From NCBI GenBank assembly GCA_964416315.1, contig CAYQDR010000011.1, positions 244-64,243 on the forward strand: a stretch of DNA of 64,000 bases. The letters run 5' to 3'. This document shows, piece by piece, positions 18,207 through 27,077 of the stretch. The first letter of the stretch is position 1; every line of letters begins with the position of its first letter. Origin of the DNA: an uncultured bacterium (GTDB taxonomy: Bacteria; Methylomirabilota; Methylomirabilia; Rokubacteriales; DASRDR01). The notes below the pieces were generated by a model. That model was not told the DNA's origin, did no database searches, and saw nothing but the letters and a program-made list of their open reading frames with translations. The position numbers and the translations under genes were made by a program.

Positions 18207-18917
18207 CTAGCCGAATCGGCGCTGGTACAGTTCGCTGATCCTTGTGAGCGCGGCTCCGTAGTCAAGTTCGACTCGTCGCGGATCGAGCCAATTGAACGGA
18301 TACGGCCGTTGGTTGGTCGCCCGAAACTGGAGGATGAGCAACTCGTCGTAGCGCCTCAGAAGCTGATCTTTGATTCGTTGAATTACTGTCTTCGGCTCCT
18401 GCTCTCGGAGCTCATGCCTAAAGGCACGTGACCCCTCGTACCCGACATAGTTCGCCTCGTGGTTCACGCCAATTATCGCGACATTGATGCATCGGCGGTT
18501 CAGGGACTTCATGCGCTGCGCGAATCCGTCAAGGTCGTTGATGACCCGATCGATTTGTTTGAGCTGAGACTTCGCTAGGATCTTCACCTCACAGCCAATC
18601 CTCGGTTCTGCTACAGGGCCTTCCGGAACCGAGAAACCCCGAGGAGTCTTGCGGGAACCTATTCCTGCTGGGGGCTTCCCAAGGACGCTGTCATTCCGTC
18701 TGATAGCCCTCGGAGTATGTATTCTGCCACCCCGATTTGCGAGGCCGCGGAGCGTCCGCACGTGCTGCGCATAGCCCGGGGAATCTGAGTGGTCGAACAG
18801 ATCTTCGAACAGTTCCCGCCCGATCTTGTTTCCCAGGCTCGAGTCGCGGTGCTTGTAGATCTTCCCCTTGAACGTCTGCCGGAAGCGTTCAAGGAGCCTG
18901 AATGTGGTGTTCGCCAT
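18207..18917 (-). CDS. hypothetical protein; candidate type II restriction endonuclease (possible PE-x12-EVK nuclease motif)
   Basis: Low-GC ORF immediately downstream of and co-oriented with an N4/N6 MTase gene. Function inferred from context only. Confidence 0.45.
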   Translation of the reverse strand: MANTTFRLLERFRQTFKGKIYKHRDSSLGNKIGRELFEDLFDHSDSPGYAQHVRTLRGLANRGGRIHTPRAIRRNDSVLGKPPAGIGSRKTPRGFSVPEGPVAEPRIGCEVKILAKSQLKQIDRVINDLDGFAQRMKSLNRRCINVAIIGVNHEANYVGYEGSRAFRHELREQEPKTVIQRIKDQLLRRYDELLILQFRATNQRPYPFNWLDPRRVELDYGAALTRISELYQRRFG

Positions 18918-18931
18918 CTGGTCGAGGCGAT

Positions 18932-19888
18932 CTATTCAGCGTGGATCCTTGCGGGTAGCTTCTCCTTGTGAACGAACTGCCGGAGACGCTGAACCGACGC
19001 AGCGTGGTAGGAGGGCTCGACCTCGATTCCGATGCTATTCCGACCAGCGCGCGCCGCTGCAAGGCTCGTCGTACCCGTGCCCGAGAAGGGGTCGAGAACC
19101 GTGTCGCCGGCGAAACTGAACATGCGGATCATACGCTCGCCGAGTTCCATCGAAAATGGTGCAGGATGTGCGCGTGTTGACGTGCCGGGTAGTCGCGAAA
19201 TCTGGTTGAACCAAGTTCGGTGTTGTTTCTCACCAATGAGGCTCAGAATCCGCATGGCGTCCGTCGGGCGTCTGTAGGCTCCGGGCTTCCGCTGCATGAG
19301 AATGAACTCAATATCATTCTTGATGATCGCATTGGGTTCGTAGGGCTTGCCAAGGAACGCCGTCCCATTCTCCACTTCGAAGGCGGCATTCGCGATCTTG
19401 TACCAGATGATTGGCGCGAGGTTATGAAACCCTAGCTCGGCGCAGTGAACCTGGATCGCGGCATGGAGTGGCACGACCATGTGGGCACCGTGCTTCCTCC
19501 GCGACAGGCAAACGTCGCCCACCACGACTACAAGTCGGCCGCCCTTGACGAGTACCCGGAAACACTCTGTCCAAACGCGGTCCAACTCCTTCAGGAAGAC
19601 GTGGAGATCGGTCAGGCATCCGAGCTGGGCTTCATTTTCGGGGTAGCGCTTCAACGTCCAGTAGGGCGGGGAAGTCACGATTAGATGCACCGATTCGTCC
19701 GACACGCGGCTTATGTTGCGAGCATCGCTGAGGTAGAGCCGGTGCTCTGTTGGAATCTCCTTGATTGCCTTAGCGATGGCGCGCAAAGCCGAACGATCCT
19801 TCGCGAGTCTGGGAATCGCGTTCTGGGGAAGTCGGCGGGACGCCAAGTGCGGTAGGTGCCGAGCAATGAGGTCTTCGAGCGCCCTCAA
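18932..19888 (-). CDS. DNA methyltransferase, N4-cytosine/N6-adenine (beta-class amino-MTase)
   Basis: Motif IV IVTSPPYW and motif I LDPFSGTGTT. The ORF runs to 20122 but has no ATG. TTG at 19888 is preceded by GAGG. Start uncertain. Confidence 0.8.
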   Translation of the reverse strand: MRALEDLIARHLPHLASRRLPQNAIPRLAKDRSALRAIAKAIKEIPTEHRLYLSDARNISRVSDESVHLIVTSPPYWTLKRYPENEAQLGCLTDLHVFLKELDRVWTECFRVLVKGGRLVVVVGDVCLSRRKHGAHMVVPLHAAIQVHCAELGFHNLAPIIWYKIANAAFEVENGTAFLGKPYEPNAIIKNDIEFILMQRKPGAYRRPTDAMRILSLIGEKQHRTWFNQISRLPGTSTRAHPAPFSMELGERMIRMFSFAGDTVLDPFSGTGTTSLAAARAGRNSIGIEVEPSYHAASVQRLRQFVHKEKLPARIHAE

Positions 19889-20286
19889 GCCAGCCTCACT
19901 CTGGTCACCCTTATACTCAATATCTGGGGTGCTGTCAAGCCTCAGGCTACGACATCTCGTTGATCTCCAGCCATCTGGGCACCGACAGGGGGCCCCGCTT
20001 TCGCTCAGGGCCGGGCGGCTCTGCTCGGTCGGTTCGAACCGAAACGCCTGCTGGCGGCCTGGGTCAGGCTGAGGGTGGGGAACCCGCCTTTTGTGTAGTC
20101 GGCACCGTGGTCCGGGGCACATGGTCTGGGGTCCTGGTCACTCCCACGAGCAACATCTGTGCCGATCTGCAGGGTAAGGTCGAAGCGGCGGAAATTGACG
20201 GCGCCCGCAGTTAGGATGTCATCATCCCGACCCCGGCGACGGGAGTGGACAGGGAGGCCAAAGGGGATACAGCGGCTGGTCGGCCG

Positions 20287-21060
20287 TTACGGGCCCTCGA
20301 GGACCATCCGCCGGTAGGCTTCGGCGGCGGCGAGGCCCCGCTTCTTGCCCTGCTGGCCCGCCCAGGCCGTGAGCATGTCGGTCGGGTCCCAGCCGCCCAT
20401 CTGGCTCCGGTGCTCCTTGAGCGCAGTGAGCTTGATCGGCAGCGTCCCCGCGATGTCGATGAAGGTGTCCGGACGCTCGGCGCCGTGGATGTACACCGTG
20501 CCCACGTGGTGGGGGTCGAGCCCCTCGGCGAGCAGCTCGGGGAAGATCAGCCGGGTCTCGGCCGACGGGAACACGGCGTCGAGCGCGGCGTCGGCCGCGG
20601 CCCGGTGGTCGGGGTGGTTCATGTAGCTCTGGCCGTAGAAGCGCACCGTCGGGTCGCCGCAGACGACGGCGTCGGGGCGGTAGCGGCGGATCAGGCGCGT
20701 GAGGTCGCGCCGGAGCGCGATGGAGGGCTCGAGCATCCCGTCCGCGTACCCGAGGAACACGACCTCCGCGATCCCGAGCGCCCAGCACGCGTTCCGCTGC
20801 TCCTGCTCGCGGGTCGGGACGAGCGCCTCGCGGGTCATCCCGGAGGGCGTGAACTCGTTGGATCCCGCGCCGCCGCTCGTGATGCACACGGTGACGATCT
20901 CGCTCCCCGCGCGCGCCCACTTCGCGAGCGTCCCGGCGACGGTGAACTCCTGGTCGTCGGGGTGGGCGTGGATGCTCAGGACGCGCCGGGGCGGCGGCGG
21001 CTCCTGGTGAGTCCGGGCTCGCTTCACCCCCCGCTCGGGGATGGCGGAGGTCTCGCTCAC
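20287..21060 (-). CDS. PIG-L/LmbE family N-acetylglucosaminyl deacetylase (MshB/BshB-like)
   Basis: HAHPDDQEF zinc-binding motif. Length 257 aa. Confidence 0.8.
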   Translation of the reverse strand: MSETSAIPERGVKRARTHQEPPPPRRVLSIHAHPDDQEFTVAGTLAKWARAGSEIVTVCITSGGAGSNEFTPSGMTREALVPTREQEQRNACWALGIAEVVFLGYADGMLEPSIALRRDLTRLIRRYRPDAVVCGDPTVRFYGQSYMNHPDHRAAADAALDAVFPSAETRLIFPELLAEGLDPHHVGTVYIHGAERPDTFIDIAGTLPIKLTALKEHRSQMGGWDPTDMLTAWAGQQGKKRGLAAAEAYRRMVLEGP

Positions 21061-21133
21061 GAGATCGTCCGTCCGGTGGGATCGTAACGCCGCATGACCT
21101 CACAAGTGATACGCCCATGGGTATGATAGTGGC

Positions 21134-21361
21134 ATGGCGAAGACGGTGCGGATTCGGGACGTCCCCGAGGACCTTCACCGCAAGCTCGAGGCACGAGCGG
21201 CGCTGGCCGGCGTGTCGCTGTCGGAATACCTCCTTTCGGTGGTCCGTCGCGCCCTGGATCGCCCGGCGCGTGTCGAACTCCTGGAGCGCCTTGGTCGCCG
21301 TGCCCCGGTGAGGTTGCGCCAGCGGCCGGCCGACGCCGTGCGAGCAGAGCGAGGACGATGA
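21134..21361 (+). CDS. ribbon-helix-helix antitoxin (FitA/VapB-like); no cognate toxin gene follows
   Basis: MAKTVRIRDVPEDLHRKLEARAALAGVSLSEYLLSVVRRAL matches the Arc/MetJ-type antitoxin pattern. TATGAT -10 lies 6 nt upstream. Confidence 0.6.
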   Translation: MAKTVRIRDVPEDLHRKLEARAALAGVSLSEYLLSVVRRALDRPARVELLERLGRRAPVRLRQRPADAVRAERGR

Positions 21362-21367
21362 CGGGCT

Positions 21368-22087
21368 TCACCGCGTCACTTCGATGGCAGCGCCGCTCGG
21401 GGCGCGGCGGCCGCCGGTGGCGAGGCCCAGGATGGTCCGGGCGACGGTCGCCGGGCGGATCAGCCCGGCGCGCTCGCGCGGCGTGGCGAGGGTGAGGCGG
21501 GCCATCGGGGTGTCGGTCAGGCCGGGGCAGACGGCCCACACCCGGACGCCCGTCCCGTGGAGCTCGTCCGCGAGGGCTTCCGTCAGACCGACGACGCCGA
21601 ACTTCGTCGCGCAATAGGTCACGTACTGCCGCAGGCCGGACTTCCCGAGCATCGAGGCCACGTTGACGATCGCGCCCGACCCCCGGCGGAGCATGGCCGG
21701 GAGCACGGCGCGGGCCATCAGCAGAGGGCCGCGCAGGTTGACCGTGAGCATGCGGTCGAGCTCGCGGACCGGGAGCCGGGCGAGGGGAGCCACGCGAAGG
21801 ACGCCGGCATTGTTCACGACCACGTCGAGGCGGCCGAAGTGCCGGAGCGTCGCGCGCACCGTGCCGTCCACCGAGCGCGCGTCGGCCACGTCCGTCTGCC
21901 TGAACCACGCGCGGCCGCCGGCCCGCGCGAGGGCCCGGGCGGCGCGCCGCCCCGGGTCCGGGCGCAGCTCGGCCAGGACGACCCCGTAGCCGGCGGCTGC
22001 GAACGCCTCGGCCGTCGCGCGGCCGATGCCGCGGCCCGCGCCGGTGATCAGCGCGACGGGGGGCGAAGCGCGCGCGCGTCGCCTCAC
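21368..22087 (-). CDS. SDR family oxidoreductase
   Basis: TGAGRGIG Rossmann motif, NNAG, and YxxxK-like catalytic segment (YCATK). Confidence 0.8.
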   Translation of the reverse strand: MRRRARASPPVALITGAGRGIGRATAEAFAAAGYGVVLAELRPDPGRRAARALARAGGRAWFRQTDVADARSVDGTVRATLRHFGRLDVVVNNAGVLRVAPLARLPVRELDRMLTVNLRGPLLMARAVLPAMLRRGSGAIVNVASMLGKSGLRQYVTYCATKFGVVGLTEALADELHGTGVRVWAVCPGLTDTPMARLTLATPRERAGLIRPATVARTILGLATGGRRAPSGAAIEVTR

Positions 22088-22367
22088 GTCGGGACCCTCC
22101 GCAGAGGCTCGCGTAGCGAGGGCAGTGCCAGGCCGGGGTCGAGACCCGAGCAGATCAAGGACGCCCAGAGGTCGCCGCGGATCGAGCGCCGCAGGCGCGA
22201 GACGCGCCGACCGTGATGGACGAGGAGGCGCCCCGACGCGTACTCACGGTACGTTGAGGGGCGCCGACGACCCCACCGGAGGGACGGGACGCCCGCGAGA
22301 CCGCAGGCCGAGCGCGTCCCGGCGAGATGGAGGACGCCGAGATGCGACGGGGATCGGGCCGGGCGGC

Positions 22368-23213
22368 TCACGTCGGGTCCAGCGCGACGCCTCCGGGCGG
22401 GTCGGTGGCGGGGTGGTAGTACATCCACATCCCGGCGGCGTCGGCGACGGTGCGGTTCAAGGCGCTCGCGTGGCGGTCGCCCAGGTCCCGGATCACCTCG
22501 CCGAGCTGGGCCGAGCGCGCGAGGATCAGCGCGTGTCGTGGGTCGAGGGGGACGCGGACCTCGGCGAACGCGCCCAGGCGGGTCGGGTTGGACGGGGCCG
22601 CGCCCGAGGGGCTCCAGGGCACGGCCGGAGTGTCGCCGGTCAGGAGCCGCGGCTCGGGGAAGCGGACGAGCTGCCAGGTCCGGGGGAGCAGGACCCGGGC
22701 CAGCTCGGGCGCGGCCGAGAGGGGGAGCCGGTGCCCCTCCTCGTCCCGGACCGCGGCGTCCGCCCCGTCGGGTTCGGCCCGAGTGGGGGGCGCGACCACG
22801 ACCAGTCCTTCATCCTCGTCCTCCTCCGGCAGCTTGGCGACGACGACTTCCGCGAGCGCGGCGACGACCTGCTGGCCGACGGCGCGGGGCGCGTGCCCGA
22901 GCAGGAGCCGGACCGCGACGAAGAGCGCGAGCAGCGCCCGATCCTCACCGCGCGGCGGAAAGGCCCCGGCGAGCATCTCCTCGATCACCTTCGCCGCGCG
23001 GTCCTCGACTTCGACGAGGAGGCGTGCCAGCTCCGGTCCCCCGGGCCGATGCGCGTCCACGCTGTAGCACCCCGCCGCGGCGGCGGCCTCCGCCACGCTC
23101 GCGGTGAGCCGCCGGGTCCGGTCGCGGCGCTCCATCAGGACCTGCCCCGAGCCGTCGGCGAACCGGCGGAGGAGCCACTCGGGGACGAAGGGGCGGCGCG
23201 GCGCTTCGGTCAT
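22368..23213 (-). CDS. hypothetical protein
   Basis: 281-aa ORF with coding-like composition. No family recognised. Confidence 0.45.
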   Translation of the reverse strand: MTEAPRRPFVPEWLLRRFADGSGQVLMERRDRTRRLTASVAEAAAAAGCYSVDAHRPGGPELARLLVEVEDRAAKVIEEMLAGAFPPRGEDRALLALFVAVRLLLGHAPRAVGQQVVAALAEVVVAKLPEEDEDEGLVVVAPPTRAEPDGADAAVRDEEGHRLPLSAAPELARVLLPRTWQLVRFPEPRLLTGDTPAVPWSPSGAAPSNPTRLGAFAEVRVPLDPRHALILARSAQLGEVIRDLGDRHASALNRTVADAAGMWMYYHPATDPPGGVALDPT

Positions 23214-23875
23214 GCGCGGATCGCGACGCGCGCGAAGTCGAGGAAGACGGCCACGGCCGTTTCGGCCACCCCGACGCTCAGGGAGTGGGCGCCGTCTTCG
23301 ACCGGGAGCAGGCGCGTCGGGGCAGGGATCAGCGAGAGCGCCGCCCGCAGCTCCTCGAGCGAGCCGAACGGATCGCGTGTGCCGTGGACGAAGAGGGCCG
23401 GGGTCCGGAGCTGCGGCAGGTGGGCGGTGCGGAGCTCGGTCGGGCGCCGTGGGGGGTGCAGCGGGTACGAGAGGAGCAGCAGGGCGTCGGCGACGGCCGG
23501 ATCCTCGGCGGCGAGCATGCTCGACTGCCGCCCGCCGTAGGAGTGACCGCCGAGGAAGACACGGCCGGCTCCGAGCGCCCGGGCCGCGGCGACCGCCGCC
23601 CGGATGCCCGCTCGGTCCCGCGGGGCGCTGTCGCGGGGCGGTGGGCCGGTGGGCACAGCCTGGCGGTAGGGGAGGTCGCAGCGGAGCACGGTGACGCCGT
23701 GCGCAGCGAAGCCCTGCGCCACGGCGACCAGGAGCGGTGTCCGGCAGTTCGCGCTGGCGCCGTGGCTCAGGATCAGGGCGTCGCCCGTCGCCGACGGCGG
23801 GCGGTGGAGGAACCCCCGGACGGGCGGGCTGTCGGACGAGTCGATCGCGAAGGGTGTCATCGCCGCGTCGCTCAT
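23210..23875 (-). CDS. alpha/beta hydrolase (dienelactone hydrolase-like)
   Basis: GHSYGG nucleophile elbow. Start taken at MSDAAMTPFA. Upstream part of the ORF looks non-coding. Confidence 0.6.
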   Translation of the reverse strand: MSDAAMTPFAIDSSDSPPVRGFLHRPPSATGDALILSHGASANCRTPLLVAVAQGFAAHGVTVLRCDLPYRQAVPTGPPPRDSAPRDRAGIRAAVAAARALGAGRVFLGGHSYGGRQSSMLAAEDPAVADALLLLSYPLHPPRRPTELRTAHLPQLRTPALFVHGTRDPFGSLEELRAALSLIPAPTRLLPVEDGAHSLSVGVAETAVAVFLDFARVAIRA

Positions 23876-23933
23876 CGGAGAGCTCAACACGCGGGAGATG
23901 ACGCTCGTGCGAGTTCTCTGAGCGTGACCAGCG

Positions 23934-24212
23934 CTATCCCGTCCGGAGCGCCCGAGCCGCATGGTAGAGGTCCCACGTCGCCTGGAGGTTCATCCAGAAC
24001 TGCGGGGACGTTTCGAGGAGACGCGCCAGGCGCAGCGCGGTGTCGGCGGTCACGCCACGGCGACGGCGGACGATCTCGTTGAGACGGTTCGTCGGGATCC
24101 CCATCCGTCGGGCGGCCGTGACCTGCGTCATGCCCAAGGGCCTGAGGAACTCCTCGAGGAGGATCTCTCCGGGATGTGTCGGCGGGCGACGGGTTGGCAT
24201 CATCGGATGCAC
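23934..24212 (-). CDS. higA: HigA-family antitoxin (XRE HTH)
   Basis: HPGEILLEEFLRPLGMTQVTAARRMGIPTNRLNEIVRRRRGVTADTALRLARLL is the classic HigA/VapI antidote sequence. Confidence 0.75.
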   Translation of the reverse strand: MHPMMPTRRPPTHPGEILLEEFLRPLGMTQVTAARRMGIPTNRLNEIVRRRRGVTADTALRLARLLETSPQFWMNLQATWDLYHAARALRTG

Positions 24213-24213
24213 C

Positions 24214-24405
24214 TCAATGGTAATCCTCGCACTTCACGTCGAGGGCATCACCACCCTCGAACTTGAACGTGATCCGGTATTGGTCGTTCACCCGGATGCT
24301 GTAGCGGCTCGGCCGGATGCCTTTGAGGCGACCGAGGACGTGTTCCACGGGAGAGAAACGCGGCAGCCACGGCGCGAGCTTACATGGTTCCCGTGTAACC
24401 AGCAA
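24214..24405 (-). CDS. higB: HigB/RelE-family toxin, short form (possibly N-terminally truncated)
   Basis: C-terminus YSIRVNDQYRITFKFEGGDALDVKCEDYH matches HigB. Only a TTG start is available. The in-frame upstream stretch lacks ATG/GTG. Confidence 0.55.
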   Translation of the reverse strand: MLVTREPCKLAPWLPRFSPVEHVLGRLKGIRPSRYSIRVNDQYRITFKFEGGDALDVKCEDYH

Positions 24406-24434
24406 GGGGATGACGTGAGGGTCCGTCCCCCGGT

Positions 24435-25211
24435 TCAGAAGAGCGAAATCGTCGTGCCGTCGGCGAGAGCGCGGCTCGGCTGGGCGCGCCGGCGCGTGAT
24501 GCCGAGGATCGTCCGCAGCTCAGGCGCCAGCCCGGGCAGGGAGACGCGAGGCGCCCCGCCACCCGGGGCCGCGCAGTCCGGCGCCGCATTCCACGGCGAC
24601 AGGACCGTCGTCCAGGCGGCGGCGCGCCGGCTCCGCCGGATGTGGATGGTGTCCGGGCCGTACCAGGCCGCCTCCGGCTCGACGAGCCGGACCCGCGGCC
24701 CGAGCGCGGCCAGCCGCTCGTTGACGTCAGCGACGCGCTCCCGCAGCACCCGGAGGGGAAGCCGGCGACCGGGGAAGAGCACGGCCTTGAAGAGGTGGTA
24801 GCGCCAGGGCGCGAGACGCGCGAGGGTTCCCGACGGGAGGAGCGTCAGGACGATCTGCGCGCCCATCGCCTCGAGGCGCTCGACGCACGCGCCGACCCAC
24901 CCCGCGAGCTCGGCCGCCGAGGCGCCGTACGCCAGGTCGTTCCCGATGTCGGTGACGAGAGCGTGCGTCACGGCGCCCGTGGCGCCCCCGGCGGCGGCCC
25001 AGAGGCCGCAGTCGCGGATCGCCGGGAGCCCGCGGAAGCCCACCCGGCTCCACCGGCCGTACGACCGCCCGTGGCCCGCGGCGACGAGGACCTCGAGGGG
25101 TCCGGGGCCGAGGCGCGACCGCGCGCTCGCCAGGACCGTGGGGAGCCCGAGGGTGAGGTTGCTCGCGCCGAGGAGCACGACCCGGCGCACGCCGGGTCCG
25201 GTCGTGGCCAC
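24435..25211 (-). CDS. SGNH/GDSL-like hydrolase family protein (hypothetical)
   Basis: VVLLGASNLTLG (block I) and TDIGNDLAYG (block III) motifs. Weak assignment. Confidence 0.45.
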   Translation of the reverse strand: MATTGPGVRRVVLLGASNLTLGLPTVLASARSRLGPGPLEVLVAAGHGRSYGRWSRVGFRGLPAIRDCGLWAAAGGATGAVTHALVTDIGNDLAYGASAAELAGWVGACVERLEAMGAQIVLTLLPSGTLARLAPWRYHLFKAVLFPGRRLPLRVLRERVADVNERLAALGPRVRLVEPEAAWYGPDTIHIRRSRRAAAWTTVLSPWNAAPDCAAPGGGAPRVSLPGLAPELRTILGITRRRAQPSRALADGTTISLF

Positions 25212-25266
25212 GGGAGGCTCAGCCGAAGAGACGCTCCTTCTGGTGACCGCTGGCCTCGTGGTAGCC

Positions 25267-25863
25267 CTACCGCAGCGCGCGCCGCATGATCGGGCGCGTC
25301 CGGGATCGCCGCGCGACCTCGTGGAACCCGGCCCGCCGGAACGTCGAGGCGAGCCCGGTGTAGACGAAGGCGTCCGCCGTCCGCGCGGACCGCTCGATGG
25401 GGTAACCCTCGAGGACGCGCCCGCCTCGCCGGCGGACGTCCGCCGCCGCGGCGTCGAGCAGGGCGCGCGTGAGGCCGCGCCCCCGCCACGGCCGGGCCAC
25501 GAAGAAACACGTGAGCGACCAGACGGGCGCGTCGTCCACCGGCGCGAGCGCGCGCGAGCGCGCGAGCCGCGGGTATGCGGCGCGCGGGGCCACCGCGCAC
25601 CAGCCGACCGGCTGCCCGTCGGCGTAGGCGAGGATCCCGGGCGGCGGTCCGGTCGCCACCACGCGGCGGAGCGCGCGGCGGTTGCCCGCGCCCTTGCCCT
25701 GCTGCCAGGCGGCGTGGGGCAGGCGCCACCACATGCACCAGCAGCCGGCGCACGCCCCCCGCGGGCCGAAGAGCGCGACGAGATCGTCCCAGCGTTCCGG
25801 CGTCAGCGGGCGGAACTGGATCTTCCCTCTTCCCCTGGGGGAGAGGGTCGGGTGAGGGGCCAC
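25267..25863 (-). CDS. GNAT family N-acetyltransferase
   Basis: Acetyl-CoA binding motif RPWRGRGLTRALLDAA. The N-terminal 14 codons overlap a palindromic repeat, so the true start may differ. Confidence 0.65.
   Translation of the reverse strand: MAPHPTLSPRGRGKIQFRPLTPERWDDLVALFGPRGACAGCWCMWWRLPHAAWQQGKGAGNRRALRRVVATGPPPGILAYADGQPVGWCAVAPRAAYPRLARSRALAPVDDAPVWSLTCFFVARPWRGRGLTRALLDAAAADVRRRGGRVLEGYPIERSARTADAFVYTGLASTFRRAGFHEVARRSRTRPIMRRALR
25825..25847. repeat. GC-rich palindromic element CCCTCTTCCCC-TG-GGGGAGAGGG followed by GGGTCGGGTGAGGGG (near-identical to the 51476 copy)
   Basis: Direct reading. Family member. Confidence 0.6.
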
Positions 25864-25864
25864 C

Positions 25865-26608
25865 TCAGAGCCCGACGCGGCCGACGCCCGGGAGCTTCAG
25901 CGCCGGCCGGTTCAGGTCGACCCCGAAGGTGAGGCCCAGGAGGTTGACCTCGAGCCCCTCCTCCCAGCCGACCAGAACGCCGAAGAGGCCGAGGAGCGAG
26001 AGCTGGACGCCGGTGCCGCTCGGCGCCCACGCGACGGGCCCGTCGGGCAGGTAGTCCTTGCCGACCGCCGTCGGCGGGAGCTCGAGCCCGAGATCCGGCA
26101 CCGCCCGGGCGACGTACGCGGTGAACGTGTTGCTGTTCGGCCCGGGCCACGTCCGGTAGCTGTCGCGGTACGGATAGGCGGCCGTCGCCGCCTCGACCTT
26201 CGCGATGAGCGCGTCCACGTCCTCGCCGCGGCGGTCGAGGAGCAGCTCGGGGCGGGCGCCGAACCAGTAGTTGTCCGGGCCGGTCCGGTTGACGCGCACG
26301 GCGGGGAACCCGCGGCCCACGCCCCAGCCCATGACCTCGTACCGGGTGTAGGCCGGCGCCCCGGTCGGCTTCACGGCGATCCAGGTGTGGACGCCCAGGA
26401 CGCCCTTCCAGCCGACCGCGCGCGCCGCGTAGACCTGGAGCACCGCCTCCGGGGTCGTCGCGGGGTCCGGCGCCTGGCCCGACGGGTCGCGCCGCGCCTG
26501 CCACCAGTTCGGGTCGCGCTGGAGGCTCGCGCAGCCCGCGAGGAGCGGGAGCGCGAGCAAACCCAGCGCCGCCCCCGTCACCCATCGCCGTCGCCCGCCC
26601 ATCACCAA
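25865..26608 (-). CDS. lipoprotein, hypothetical (signal peptide + LAGC lipobox)
   Basis: MVMGGRRRWVTGAALGLLALPLLAGC. 247 aa. Confidence 0.6.
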   Translation of the reverse strand: MVMGGRRRWVTGAALGLLALPLLAGCASLQRDPNWWQARRDPSGQAPDPATTPEAVLQVYAARAVGWKGVLGVHTWIAVKPTGAPAYTRYEVMGWGVGRGFPAVRVNRTGPDNYWFGARPELLLDRRGEDVDALIAKVEAATAAYPYRDSYRTWPGPNSNTFTAYVARAVPDLGLELPPTAVGKDYLPDGPVAWAPSGTGVQLSLLGLFGVLVGWEEGLEVNLLGLTFGVDLNRPALKLPGVGRVGL

Positions 26609-26651
26609 TCAGGATACCGCAAGCCTGCCGCCGCGATAAGATGCTCGGGGC

Positions 26652-27059
26652 ATGACCATGAGCTCGAGCGGCGCGCAACCCCGCATCGTCTCGATCAGCG
26701 CCGTCACGCTCGCCACGCACGACATGGCGCGCGCCGTCCGCTTCTACCGGGCTCTGGGGTTCCCCCTCGCCTACGGCGGTGAGGACGCCGCCTTCACGTC
26801 CTTCACGGCGGGGCGGGGTCACCTCAACCTGATCGCCGCGCCGCCGGAGCGGCGGTGGGCGTGGTGGGGGCGCGTGATCCTCTACGTGGACGACGTGGAC
26901 GCGCTCTATGCCCGGGCGGGGGCCGAGGGCCTCACGCCCGAGGCCCCGCCGCGGGACGCGGAGTGGGGCGAGCGCTACTTCCACCTCCGCGACCCCGACG
27001 GCCACGAGCTGAGCTTCGCCCGGCCGCTCTTGATCCCTCCCTCCGACCCTCGCCCCTGA
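26652..27059 (+). CDS. VOC/glyoxalase-bleomycin-resistance family protein
   Basis: 135 aa, ISAVTLATHDMARAVRFYRALGF...DPDGHEL. Confidence 0.75.
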   Translation: MTMSSSGAQPRIVSISAVTLATHDMARAVRFYRALGFPLAYGGEDAAFTSFTAGRGHLNLIAAPPERRWAWWGRVILYVDDVDALYARAGAEGLTPEAPPRDAEWGERYFHLRDPDGHELSFARPLLIPPSDPRP

Positions 27060-27069
27060 GGGGCGAGGG
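27047..27069. repeat. GC-rich palindrome CCCTCGCCCC-TGA-GGGGCGAGGG (10-bp stem; loop is the VOC stop codon)
   Basis: Direct reading. Lies between convergent genes. Confidence 0.6.
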
Positions 27070-27077
27070 AGCGGCCG

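Noticed and set aside
19990-20060. GGTTCGAACC motif resembling a tRNA T-loop
   Set aside because: It is part of a 12-bp perfect palindrome CGGTTCGAACCG with no surrounding cloverleaf. Treated as a possible att/repeat feature, not a tRNA.
21362-21400. Possible VapC toxin fragment after the RHH antitoxin
   Set aside because: The RQRPADAV tail resembles VapC N-termini superficially, but the antitoxin appears complete and no PIN-domain ORF follows. Insufficient evidence.
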